DNA of 64,000 nucleotides from Lingula anatina. Its lineage: Eukaryota > Animalia > Brachiopoda. Each line of letters opens with the position of its first letter. The first letter of the stretch is position 1. A program made the position numbers and the translations under genes. The notes beneath the pieces were generated by a model, which had not been told where the DNA came from, ran no database searches, and worked only from the letters and a program-made list of their open reading frames with translations. Where the stretch lies: NCBI GenBank assembly GCA_051362555.1, contig CM120648.1, forward strand, positions 19,464,587 to 19,528,586, in the 5' to 3' direction. Below, piece by piece: positions 13,251 through 26,613 of this stretch.

Positions 13251-13713
13251 CTGGGTGCTGAGATATTAATATATGAAGTGATTAAATCTGTCTACTCTTG
13301 TGGATGCAGGCTGTGCTGTGACAGCCAATGTATGTTTAAGAGAGAGATAAGACACTGTCACCCGAGCAATATATTGCATTCAGTTTAACTGGCGTAAATG
13401 TCTGCCCCACACTTAACATGAAGTACTTGGATAAAGTCGGAGAAACTTTAGGTCCACGATGATGCGAGGCTATGGGATCGCAGTCTTTAACGCCTTCCTT
13501 CTGATTTTTATTGCCCTTAAACTTCTCTATGCTTCATTGACTTAATTTTTTTACCCCAAAAGACGGTAACTTTTAAACAAACTTCACAACAAGTTGCGGA
13601 ATTTTTCTAGGATTCGGTTCCTTAAAGAGAGCGTTTACACAAACAATTGCCTTCCATTGTTAAAGGATTTAAAGAAGTGAAATAGTGAGACTAAAAAAGA
13701 CGAAACAAAAGTC

Positions 13714-15393
13714 TGTCATAGATTAGTATAATCATATATATGGAGGATCATGTCATAGATTAGTATAATCATATATGTGGAGGATCATGTCATAGATTAG
13801 TATAATCATATATGTGGAGGATCATGTCATAGATTAGTATAATCATATTTATGGAGGATCATGTCATATATTAGTAAAATCATATATGTGGAGGATCATG
13901 TCATAGATTAGTATGATCATATATGTGGAGGATCATGTCATATATTAGTATGATCATATATGTGGAGGATCATATCATAGATTAGTATGATCATATATGT
14001 GGAGGATCATGTCATAGATTAGTATAATCATATATTTGGAGGATCATGTCATAGATTAGTATGATCATATATGTGGAGGATCATGTCATAGATTAGTATA
14101 ATCATATATGTGGAGGATCATGTCATAGATTAGTATAATCATATATGTGGAGGATCATGTCATAGATTAGTATGATCATATATGTGGAGGATCATGTCAT
14201 ATATTAGTATAATGATATATGTGGAGGATCATGTCATATATTAGTATGATCATATATGTGGAGGATCATGTCACAGATTAGTATAATCATATATATGTGG
14301 AGGATCATGTCATAGATTAGTATGATCATATATGTGGAGGATCATGTCATAGATTAGTATGATCATATATGTGGAGGATCATGTCATAGATTAGTATGAT
14401 CATATATGTGGAGGATCATGTCATAGATTAGTATGATCAAATATGTGGAGGATCATGTCATATATTAGTATAATCATATATGTGGAGGATCATGTCATAT
14501 ATTAGTATGATCATATATGTGGAGGATCATGTCATAGATTAGTATGATCATATATGTGGAGGATCATGTCATATATTAGTATGATCATATATGTGGAGGA
14601 TCATATCATAGATTAGTATGATCATATATGTGGAGGATCATGTCATAGATTAGTATAATCATATATTTGGAGGATCATGTCATAGATGAGTATGATCATA
14701 TATGTGGAGGATCATGTCATAGATTAGTATAATCATATATGTGGAGGATCATGTCATATATTAGTATGATCATATATGTGGAGGATCATGTCATATATTA
14801 GTATGATCATATATGTGGAGGATCATGTCATAGATTAGTATAATCATATATGTGGAGGATCATGTCACATATTAGTATAATCATATATGTGGAGGATCAT
14901 GTCATATATTAGTATGATCATATATGTGGAGGATCATGTCATAGATTAGTATAATCATATATGTGGAGGATCATGTCATATATTAGTATAATCATATATA
15001 TGTGGAGGATCATGTCATAGATTAGTATAATCATATATGTGGAGGATCATGTCATAGATTAGTATAATCATATATGTGGAGGATCATGTCATAGATTAGT
15101 AAATAGTATGATCATATATGTGGAGGATCATGTCATATATTAGTATAATCATATACGTGGAGGACCATGTTATATATTAGTATAATCATATATGTGGAGG
15201 ATCATGTCATAGATTAGTATGATCATATATGTGGAGGATCATGTCATAGATTAGTATAATCATATATGTGGAGGATCATGTCATATATTAGTAAAATCAT
15301 ATATGTGGAGGATCATGTCATAGATTAGTATTATCATATATGTGGAGGATCATGTCATATATTAGTATAATCATATATGTGGAGGATCATGTC
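13714..15393. repeat. Minisatellite, 37-bp unit x~45
   Basis: Unit tgtcatagattagtataatcatatatgtggaggatca with recurring G/T and A/G variants. Confidence 0.98.
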
Positions 15394-17305
15394 AGCTTGA
15401 TATTTTTACATTTACAAGCTTGTCACAATATTTTTAAAAATGTAAAATATTCAACAATGAACGTGGTTAGTAACTATTTAGTTGTTAATTGTGCTCTACT
15501 TTCTGGTTTAAGCAAGGTCCTTAAAGAACTCTTAAAAATCATTACAATTGCAGCACTTCCAATTAAACAGTAAACGATATTTGAATATGGGTAAATCAAT
15601 AATTGCACATGACAACAATTTACAGCCTGGCATGATTTTCCCCGTTACGTTATTTGTTGCACTGTCGGTCGATACAGAAATTATTAGAAAACAATTTGAC
15701 TAAAAATTAGAACAATTTTGCAACTTCAAGCTTCGTGACACGTTTTAATATACAACGTAATACACCCCATATTTCTACAAGTGTTCCCTCCTCAAAATGC
15801 CGAAAGACAAAAATATTATTTTACCATGCCGTCAGAAAATCGGCTTCAGCTTGGCACTCACGGCTCCAGTCCGGTGTACTTCCAGCTAAAAAAAGAGCAG
15901 GCAGCTTTACGTCTTACACCACTGGACGTCATATCATGTGCACTTCCGGCACAATTAGTAGGGGAGCCAAACTCCAAAAGCCTTCAAAAAAGGGTAGTAA
16001 AAAAATTTAATGATAGAAAATTTTTGAACATATCGTTGGAGAGCCTGATACCTGGGGTTTACGAATTTGCTTATTGGACAAATGGGCTCAATTGCAAAAG
16101 TGCCCAAAAATCCAAGATGGCCGCCAGCCATGGTGAATGCACAGAATTAGCATCAGTTATAAAAAGTGATTAATATTATTTATTTGCTAAAGTGTTGATT
16201 ACTTTTATTGTGTATATTTTGTGGAAATATGTACTTCCTGGTGATCTGCAGCAATAATTTGTCAATTGGATACAAAATGGCCGCTTCATCCAAGATGGCC
16301 GACAATATTTCACTATTTGGCTGCCACACACCCATTACACACCCATTACCATTATGAGTCAGAAGCACAATGTATATTTTATTGGAAGTTGAAATACCTT
16401 ATTAAATGAAGTACATTTTATTTTTATTTTACAATGTGCGGGTATATTGTTTCAATTTTAAAGGTAAATTTGAGATGGTGTCTTAACCCAAGATGGCTGC
16501 TTTATCCAAGATGGCGGCCAAAAATGTACCCATTTTTGCAATTAATTCATGTTTTATCTAATCTAGAATTACTTTCAATCATGATAGAAGCAACAAACCA
16601 TCAAATATAAAATATGTACAGTTTAACCTGTATTCCTCTCTCTGTACAGTATGAAACTTTATGGTTAGAAAAAAATCCAACATGGCCACCATGCACGTCG
16701 TCCGTTATGGCCCAAAGGTGCGCACAGCATGCACCTTATTTGCAAAATCAAATATCTTCTTTAATGAAGTATATTTAATGTTTCCTTTGCAATTTATCGG
16801 TAAAGGACAATTGCTTATTTTTAAAGGTAAAGCTAAGACCATATCTTTTTTCAATATGGCTTCTTTATCCAAGATGGTTGCCATTATTTTACCATTTTTG
16901 CAACTGAGGCACATGTTCTATAATCTAGAAATTGTTTCAACCATGGTAAAAGCAATATTTCAAGAAATATTAATTCTCTTAAATATTTCCTACATTTTAA
17001 TATCTGTAAAGAATATGATTAGGTATTTTTCATTAGAGAAAAATCCAATGTGGCTGCCATATACCCCTTACCTTTACAAATCAATGGTACCATGTGTACT
17101 TTACTGATAGTTGAAATCTCTTATTTAATGAAATATGTTTTTCAGGTGGTTGTGATAGAGATTTTATAGATGACACTTGTCATATCTAGATGGCATGTAA
17201 TGAACTTTTCTTTATATATGGAGTGAATGTCATAAACTTTTAAAAATTAGGATGCTTAATTCAAGTGTGGGCTTGAAATAGTACATTACGATTTCGACTA
17301 ACTTA

Positions 17306-17697
17306 GTGGATAATGCAATCTAAAGATTCCACGGTTCATGTCAGATTTACATAAAGGCACACAAAGAAAACCCAAGTCCACATAATGACCAGTTAAACGC
17401 TTTATTTGTTGAAGTTTTTAAGTCTCCAACTCCTAACTTCTTGAAAACACGTCTGCTCTGTCTTTCCCAATCTCCTCTCCTCTTTCTCCAATCTCTCCCA
17501 AAGGTATCAATTCTCATCAGTGGATAATGCAATCTAAAGGTTCCACGGTTCATGTCAGATTTACATAAGGTCGCACAAAGAAAACCCAAGTCCACACAAT
17601 GACCAGTTAAACGATTTATTTGTTGAAGTTTTTAAGTCTCCAACTCCTAACTTCTTGAAAACACTTCTGCTCCGTCTTTCCCAATCTCCTCTCCTCT
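17306..17697. repeat. Direct duplication (~213 bp x2) inside the Academ element
   Basis: agtggataatgcaatctaaag...cccaatctcctctcctctt at 17306 and 17519. Confidence 0.9.
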
Positions 17698-19139
17698 TGC
17701 ATGTTACTATAATGTTGCCTTGGAACATTACTTTTAACTTTACAATTAATATTAAGTTGGGCTTATTTAGATGATGTGGACCTTTAAAACTTGATTTCAG
17801 AGATAAAACAAGATTACAAACATATTTCAAAGTATGTGGTAATTATCCTTCACGTGGTATATGAGAAATTTTGAAGCTTATTTTCAATATAAAGCACCTA
17901 TCTAATGAAGGAATTACTAACTGCATTTTTTCTTGTATGAATTTTTTGGATCACAAATTGAAAAAGGCCTATGTTAATTTTTCATAACATCTCCTGTGTT
18001 TGACATTTTTGCTGTGGAATGTTCATCCATTATTCCTGACAAGTTCTCTCCAACTATAACATGTTTCTATACACTACATTGAACAATACTTCTTACCTGT
18101 ATCTAGTACTGTTTAAAGGTCATGGAATAACAACCAAGGACAGTCTGTGGTCATGTGTGTAACCATCTCTGAACATTATGAATCCTTCACCTTCCTACTG
18201 CCTTGGAAGGATAAAATATGTTCCACAGGTTTCACCAGCTCAAATCAGCATAGTAGATACAGGGACAAGATCTGTGTGTCAAAATAATACATCTCGAGTA
18301 CCTTATGTTATGGATCCTTCAGTACATTGCCCATGGGTGAAAAACCTTTTTGTGCATGGTGATCAGATTTTCTTTTCCCAAAGGAGAGTGGAAACTAAAG
18401 GACTCGACCCGTCTCAGATTCCTCCTAAGGAAACATGGTGTTACAGTGGATTGGAGACTTGGAGCATTCAGTACTTGGATATTTCATTAAGCATATTGGT
18501 AAAGAGGTCATGGGTATATTCCTCAGAAACTAGCCATACACATAGGTCACTGCAGGTTGCAAAAATTGGAAGGTTTCTTCCAATTCACACATTGATCTTT
18601 GTCTTACATGAAGCACTTATAGTCCACATGGATGTGATTTCAGTACAGTTTCTGAGCTTACTGGGCGTAGTTTCATCAACTCTCCTTATAAGCATGGGAA
18701 GTGCATATGCTTGGCATTTTGTAATCTTTTCCAGCATGGAGGGGAATGTCACCACCTTACAGTTACATGGTATTATGGAAGAGGCAAGCATTATTTTTGT
18801 ACAGTTATATGGATTTTTGGGTCTTTAGATATGACCAAAGGCCCTGGATATTTGCTTCTTGCAAAGCAGATCTCAGGTTTCTCCTCCCAACTGAGGATGC
18901 TCTTCATTTCTATACTTTATGAGCTTTACCCTTACCAAAATATCAGGCCAGTTGCAAATTTACTGCAATATTGCTGCAAATCTACTGCAAATTGCAATTC
19001 ATTCTTTCCAATTTGCTATAATATTCTGCAAATAAGTAGCAATAAAATTTACTAGACTTAATGATGTGGAACATAATAAACTGCTCAACAGCAAAATGCA
19101 TAGTTGTGGCCACCATCTGTATTCCCAAAAATAAATTGC

Positions 19140-19436
19140 AACTCAAAAAGCTCACAGAGAGTGCAGACCTCCGCCAAGGTAGCAAAGTCTCCACCCAATG
19201 CTTTTTTACCCCTAAATTTTCATTCTATAATGATTTAGCTTTTTGATTCTTGATTATTGATTGATTATTGATCCAGATCACCACCAAAAACTAAACAGTT
19301 CTAAGTTAACCCATTTCTGAGCTACCCTGAAAATTCCATCGAAATTCATCCATAACTTTTTGAGTCATGTTGATGACAAACAAACAAGAAAAAAAAGCAA
19401 ACGGGTGAAAACATAACCTCCTCGGCGGGCGTAACT
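19140..19436 (-). mobile_element. Helentron/HINE-like non-autonomous element nested in the Academ element
   Basis: gagagtgcagacctccgccaagg...gatccagatcaccaccaaaa...acaaacaaac...gaaaacataacctcctcggcgggcgtaa: subterminal inverted repeat plus short microsatellite layout. Confidence 0.6.
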
Positions 19437-21464
19437 AAAACACCAATGTAATAAATAAAACTAGTATCTATTGCAGAGTTCGATAAATGTTGTTTGAAGT
19501 TGCAATAAAATATGAGTTTGCCTTTGATTCCATGAAAAGAGATTTGCATGGAATCAGAATTGTTATTGTACAAAACCTTTAAGCTTCTTTTTGATAAACA
19601 AATAAATAGATAATGATGTTATTCTCGACATGTACTTTTTGACAACATAGTTGTTATGCTATAAAATACAATGGTCCAAGAACATGCATAGGAATGTGAA
19701 GAAACTTGTAAATAATTGACTGTGAATAAACATGTCATCTTAACTTTATCTGCAAAAAGAGAAAAACATTCTCATACACCCATATATTATAAAATAAAAA
19801 TGAAATGTACTTCATCAAAGGAGATATTTTAACTTTTGATGAGATACGTGACTTTGTTTCATATGAGGATAATGATAAGGGATTTATGGTTGTCATTTTG
19901 GCTGTTTCTATAAGCATAAAGCCTTCATCTTGTATATAGATAGTGAAAATGCAGGAAGTTAGGGTAGAGTATCTATGTTTGATGACGTTTTGCTTCTAGA
20001 AGATTGAAAGAAATTCTGACGTAAAGAAAAAGGGATTCAATTGCAAAATTGGTCAACTTTTGGCTGTTGTCTTGGATAGAGTGGCCATATTGGATTAATA
20101 GGCAGTCTATAATTGACCTTTATAAAATTCAAAAACAAGTGTACTTTACCCATATGTTTTAAAATGAAAGTATAATATACTTCTTTAAAGAGATATACCA
20201 ACTTTTGATATGATATATGTTTCAACTTTGACTCATATTGGTAAGGGGTGTATGGCAGCCATATTGGATTTCTCTCTAAGCTAAGAACGATTCCCAGTCA
20301 TTTAACCTATACATCCATAAAAATAAATATGACTAACATTCTAAAAATTCTATTGAATCAGAAAACACAAGCCTCCAAGCATTCAGATAGCAAAAATGCA
20401 CAGAGTATTGGAGAAATTCTATATTTGGTAAATTTTAGCTTTTTCTATAATTGAAAGTAGTTCTAGATTACAGAAACCATGACATCATTGCAAAAATTTG
20501 GCCGCCATCTTAGATAAAGTAGCCATCTTGGATTGAGATAGCTCTTTGAATTAAGCTTTAAAATATTGAAACAATTACCCTTTACCCAAAAATTGTAAAA
20601 TAGAAATAACGTTTGCTCATTTAAGTAGATATATGAACTTTTCTATAAAAGACAGATGGTACCCTTGCCTCATATTGGTAAGGGGTGTGTGGCGGCCATA
20701 TTGGATTTTTTTTTGCATTCACAAAGCCTCTATATTATACATAGATGGTACAAATGCAGGAAATAATAGAGGCAATATTTATTTGATAAATGTTCGCTGA
20801 AATCATTATTGAAAGAAATTCTAGCTCTAGATCAATGAAAAGAGGATTTAATTGCAAAAAATGTTGAAATATTGGCCGCCATCTTGGATAAAGTGGCCAT
20901 TTTGAATCCAATTGACCAATTCCTGCTACAGATCAGCAGATAGTACATTTTCCCACAATGGACAATAAAAATATACACCCTGAAACAAACTGAAAATATC
21001 AACAATTTTTCATAATTTATCCATTTATTGCATATTCCTTAGGGGTGGCGGCCATCTTAGATTTTTGGGCACTTTTGCAATTGAGCCCATTTGTCCAATA
21101 AGCAGATTCATAAACCCTAGATATCAGGCTCTCCGCCCATGTGTTCGAGGATTTTATATCATTAAAATTTTTTTCATCCTTATTTTTTGCCTTGGCACCC
21201 CTACTAAATCTTTTGTCCTCCGTTTCCTTTATTACAACATATAATTTTTTTCAACGTTAACGGTCACTTAATATTTTCAGATTATCCAATAACAGCGCCT
21301 TTTGCTATCTGGGGTCACTAGAATAATGTAATAAATTAGGGGGTATTCAGCTTCATTATCATACCAACAGGATGGAGTCATCTCTGTGGGGATTCTCGCT
21401 GAAGTGCAGTCAATGTAATCAGTTAAATAGTGTAGCACGTCACCTTGCGAAGTTACAGTAGTAA

Positions 21465-22191
21465 TAATAATTATGTTTTCCTTGTACGGCGTTTTAAAAA
21501 CGTCAGAAATGTTTTAATCCCTATTATATCCTGTGAATAGAAGGGGGCGGACAAACAATGGAGTGCCGTCTCATCCCTTCAAAATTCGAAAGCAAAATCA
21601 CAATAGTTTAGGCGTAATAACACACAATACATTAGGCGAGTGAACCGCATGACGCCTGTTTCTGTTGTCTAGCGCGAGGGCGACAATCCGCTGTAACTAG
21701 GTGTAGCAGGATACATCAGCCAGAAGGTCCCCATTGTTCGTTGCGGCGATAGGATTATAGCTTTAAGGGGCTAGAACCCATGCTAACGCGTGCCACTCCC
21801 GTGGCCAATTATCCTTTTGTTCACTAGCTTGGCAAGCGCAGCTGATCATGTTTTAAGTGTTGCAAGAAAACTGCTAGTTTAATTTAGTATCAGTTATTTA
21901 ATTCAATATGAAGTGTTCTGTGGTCAAAATTTGAATTTGATAAACATGCATCAGCATCGTACATCAGCATGATCAACAAATCAAAGTTAAAAGATGCTCC
22001 GTACATAAATTTCCATCATCGCGACCTCTGTAAAAATAGATTACTGTTTAGAAATAACAAAGAAAGAAACATTATTAATACAATTTATTCACATAACAAG
22101 CTGACGTATTGCCCCAATTACTACATTAAGTCATATTTTATATAAAATAGTAGAGCAAATCCATAAAAGGATAAATAATAGAAAGTCTTAA

Positions 22192-22242
<51 letters not shown>

Positions 22243-24311
22243 ATTATTTAAAGAATTACGTAAATAATAAGATGACATTAAGAATCAAATAAAAATAGAT
22301 AAAATTAGATGGTATAAATCATTCAATAAAAGATAAGTTATTTCAAATAATTTAATAAATAAATTATGATTTTGTAATAAAATGAATAAATCGCTGTGAA
22401 GAAATAATCATTGTCGCAGCTAACGTGGTGAGTGTCTACCCATTATCAGGGCCGCAGATAGATTTTCACTAGTTACCAGTATAGACAGATATGTATCTGG
22501 TTATTTGGTGGGACTTTTTTGCACGCGCGTTAGGGGAACGTGCACATAAACTAATTACTTTTAAGATGATAGTGAGTGTCCTATCATTTGAAAGCCAACA
22601 AAATGTTTCATTCCACATTAGAGAAATAAGCCTCATAATTACATTTGTAATTTTATAACCGGGTGTATGTAACTCTTTGCCGTTCAGTAACAGTTATAAA
22701 AGAAAGTTAGATTTTGCTTGTATGAAACAAACTTTTTATTTTGATAAAATTCGACTGCGCATGGAGCATAATGATATTAGGCTTTCGATGATGATTGTGC
22801 ATGAAACGTCAAGTCATTTTTCCTTTTCATAATAGTGCTGGGCACCCAGGTGTTGAATCTTTTACTCGACGTGTATCTCCTACTATTGTATATGCATGAT
22901 ATCAGGTTGTTCGGGAGCGATGACGATTGCGTTCAAAATGGGTTGTTTGCAGCATAAGGCCCTTATGCTTTGTGATATATGTGAATAAACATAGCTTACT
23001 AAATAACTATAACCAAAGTACGTAAAGTAGGGCTTTAGGTTTAACAGTCTAAGATTTATTCAATTTGGGCAGTTAACTTGGACCAGTCTTGTTTCATTAA
23101 CTTTGCGAATGAAACAGTCTCCGTCGTCAACGTAAATTTCCAATATGATTTTACATCACTTATCTGATTTTACAATCTTACTGTTTAGGTTTGGTTTAAG
23201 GTTGTTTGAGAAAATATGATCGCGTTTAACAATAGATTGCGGGCTATAGTAAGCCCCCTCCTCTTTGAGCGATGTCTAAGACTGTTAATTCACCGTACAT
23301 GTAGTGTGACCACACTGTCAGACATCCCCCTTGTTGCACGTTGCAAGCAGTTTGTCTCATAACTATGACAAGGCGTTCTTTTTCTCGTTATTGTTTAAAA
23401 ACGGACCACTTTGTCAAGGCTAATTGCTTAGCTCTTTGCGCGTTGCACGCTAAGATATGAATGTTATAGTGGATTGTTTGTGCCCGGGTGCCGCACTTAT
23501 GCTTTCTTACTAGAGCGACCTAGAACAAGACGCTAGTTTATCCTGTTTGTAACTGTAGCAAAATATGTTCGACATGCCGTTTCTGCACGACAGCCGGAGA
23601 CACAGTAATTATATAGGCATGGTTTAAGCTTGTTCAAGAGATAATAACAGTCGCGTTTAACAATAGATAGTAAGACCCCCTCCTCTTTAACTGATGTCTT
23701 ACACTGTTAATATTGACCGCACTTTCATATATTAAGTACTGCCAGACTTTCACCTGTTGCACGTTGGCGTTGGATTGTACTTGTGCCTCTGTCAATGCAC
23801 CTCATTTAGTTTTGAATAGCTTTTGCCGCATAAACCTTTGTGGTTTAGGGTTATTAGTTTAAGTAGTAGGGATAGGATGCTTGGACAAAAAGCTTCTAGT
23901 GAACTCGCTTAGACCTAGGGTGTGATGCTGCTATCATCCGAGGAAACACCTACACTGAATCCTTTACCTAAAATCCCCCTAGCTGAAACAAAAATGCCCC
24001 TCGAACCTGTCCATTTTTAAAAGCGTCGAATCATTTTTGATATCATTGAGCATCTTTAAACGAAAGCTTTCAAGTGACAAAAACAGAACCGTGTGGTGAA
24101 TATTTATTAAAGCCTAGGTTTATTCATCATAATCTATTTTGTTAACAATACTTACCTAGATTTTAATTGGATTGTTCATCGTCACTGTTTGGCTACTCGC
24201 CTACATGTATAATGCGTGCTGAACGACAGACAACTTATAAATATTATCTGTGTTACTGTGTAAATGACCACGTTAAGTTAAAATAGAACAATGTCATTGA
24301 TTTAATCCATC

Positions 24312-24375
<64 letters not shown>

Positions 24376-24698
24376 CTGTTCTTTTACAACCAGTGTCAGG
24401 TTAACACCAAGTCAAAGCAAGCCTTGCAGACTGATTATGTTTAAATTGTCGTAAATTAAGTAAAGCTAAGTAAGGCCTGTTTCTAGTTCATCCAAGCTAC
24501 AATGTATAAAACTGCATGAAGGCTAACAAGTCTCTGTAGCCAATTAACCTTTGCTATGCCCTGTGCTTAAGTTTAACATGTAATACAATAAAATGAGTAT
24601 GGCCTAAGAGAAATATAAATATGAAGTCGTGTATGAAAGATGTTTCAAATAATAAAAATCAAGAATTTAAACATGTTAGGTACATGCACATCACTTAA
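21465..24698. repeat. Segment paralogous to 42002-43875 (mostly inverted)
   Basis: 21465-21960 matches revcomp 43370-43875; 23862-24698 matches revcomp 42002-42775; 23550-23812 matches 42917-43190 in direct orientation. Confidence 0.9.
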
Positions 24699-24879
24699 AG
24701 GTACATACGAACCGAGCATCGGCGGAGCGTGGATTCCCAGTAACACATGTAAACCACTTCTACTAGATTCTTATATGACTCAAATAAATTCGACATGCCA
24801 AGGGATAAACTGAATAGATCACTCGATCAGCCCTAAAAGACCTTTAAACTACTCCTTTCTTTAAATTTTTGGTTGTAAA

Positions 24880-24884
<5 letters not shown>
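24695..24884 (+). mobile_element. Truncated Kolobok-type element
   Basis: ttaaAGGTACATACGAACCGAGC... matches the 5298 and 46086 copies and ends in (TA)n-(T)n. The paralogous site at 42002 is an empty TTAA. Confidence 0.85.
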
Positions 24885-24951
<67 letters not shown>

Positions 24952-25175
24952 GAGAAATGACATGGATTATGCGAGTGTACTAAGTTTCATCAGTTTGAAA
25001 TGTTAGTTAAGCAAATGCTGTATGCTGAATATGTACCCCTGTAGTTCTACCCCGTTACATTACGAATAAAAGTGGACGGTTTTTACAACCAGTCATGAAT
25101 TAGGCACTGCATGTTCACTCGAGGACGTCTGGGTACAAAATAACAGATGTGCTAAATATATGCAAATTTACTCAC

Positions 25176-26613
25176 ACTGTGCCAGAAATATCACCACTAG
25201 CACAAACACGAGGAGGGTCCCCGTTATGTAAAAGGCCACGGTGTATGGGTCCGATTTGCTGAAACCCGTTTTGACAGACAGGCAGGCGCTGTTTTCTTGA
25301 AACAAGTCAAATAGTTGGTGCGGAGACGCCGTTACTTCTTTGGAAGCGCCCTTACTTATTATACAAATGATGTACTGGACCATTCTGCCTTTTAAACCAG
25401 AGAGAGTTACTTCAGACACAGGCATTGTAGACGATGTGACGTTTCGTTCCATAATATCTGGTCTTGGTTTGTATTTTTCGTAGTACTTGAATACAAAATT
25501 ATTGAAAGGAAGTGGTTCTGGTAAGTGTATTGTTATTGACGTACCATTCACGGTGTAGTCCACAAGATATAAGTGGACGAATTGGCAGAACGTCCCGTGA
25601 AAATATTTGCCTCATTCACACACATTCTTCAGCAAGATACACTGGCCCTGGTTACACATGTCGTCACAGACGCCAGCAGTTGTGGTTATTGATGATGTCA
25701 TGGGCGGTTGTGACACTGGTGTCGTCACTGATGCAGTTGTCGTCGATTTCCTGACCGTGCTGAAAGCGGGAGTGCTGTGCTCACTGTTCTTTTTGTCAGA
25801 CACCGATGTACTCTTGCCATAGATTGTTACTGTTGTTAGTTTGACAGTGTCAGATGTTATTTCAGTTGTGGTAATTGGCGATGTCATGGACAGTTGTGTT
25901 ACTGGTGACGTCACCGATGTTTGTGTCGTCGATATCCCGACTCTGGTGGAATTGGGTGAAATGTACTTCCTCGTGCTTTTGTCCGACACAGGTTTAGACG
26001 TGTCGTAGGAAGTGGAATATTCCACTGTTAACTTGACAGTTTTAGAAGTAATTTCGGTAGTAGGAACTGAAACTGTACTACTTCCTGTGGCGTCCCCTGT
26101 GACGTAGTCATAATGAGTGTCCGTGGCGTAAGATGGGACGTCACGCGTGGCGTTGTGTTCTGAAGGGGTGATGGCGGAGGTAAACCTGTCTGTGGAGCTG
26201 TGTTTGTCGTCATATGTGTTGTTCTTTAACACTTTATCAGCGTAGCTTTTGGTGTCATTAGCCGTGGCATTCTGGATGAAAACTGTGACATCTTCATCCG
26301 CTGCAATAAGGCTCTGGAGGTCACCACTCTTAGCAACACTTTCAACCGTCGTGTTTTCTGTTTCTTGTTTTAAAGTTATTATTGGAAAATAACCGTTTTT
26401 CTTTTCTGGTAAATGCATCCTGAGATTTTTGTTTGCAGTTGCAAATTCATTTTTCGTAATATCATTTTAACCAGCTCTCCCAACGAGGCTGTCAGGCTCC
26501 TAAAAGCTTCCTTGTTATCTGCATAGTTGACGGCGAATTCGGCACTCTTGACAAAACTAGCTGTTGGTTTGTCGCCGTCTCCGAGGCGTCCGCCTCCTTT
26601 GCTGTTGCGAGAC
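25176..26613 (-). pseudogene. Large exon of a type-I membrane protein: Thr/Ser mucin stalk, EGF-like, FN3-like, TM helix
   Basis: Acceptor ttttttag (phase 1, GLATAKEAD...) and donor gtgagt. T/S-rich tract; CDDMCNQGQCILLKNVCE*GKYFHGTFC EGF pattern; VTLSGLKGRMVQYIICI FN3-like strand; TM YTVAFYITGTLLVFVLVVIFLA. Lesions: frameshift near 26500, TAA near 26468, TGA at 25612-25614. Confidence 0.75.

Larger units (their letters stand above)
15956..21206 (+). mobile_element. Academ-type DNA transposon, degenerate, 5251 bp
   Basis: Termini TAGTAGGGGAGCCAA...TTGGCACCCCTACTA with a 3-bp AAT target duplication (15953-15955, 21207-21209). Long imperfect TIRs rich in CAAGATGGCCGCC motifs; decayed plus-strand coding remnants about 17300-19000. 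Superfamily inferred from the TAG..CTA ends and 3-bp TSD. Confidence 0.8.

Noticed and set aside
13714-15393. CRISPR-like appearance (37-bp repeats)
   Set aside because: Units are head-to-tail with no unique spacers, there are no cas genes, and the context is eukaryotic.
18178-18828. 216-aa ORF as a host gene
   Set aside because: It lies inside the Academ-type element and is best read as decayed transposon coding sequence.
25612-25614. In-frame TGA exactly at an EGF cysteine (CE*GKYFHGTFC), plus the TGA in DIS3L2, suggesting selenocysteine or UGA=Cys recoding
   Set aside because: The same gene also has a frameshift, a TAA and a lost ATG. No SECIS is recognisable, and the other Cys codons are ordinary TGT/TGC. 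Nonsense decay is simpler.
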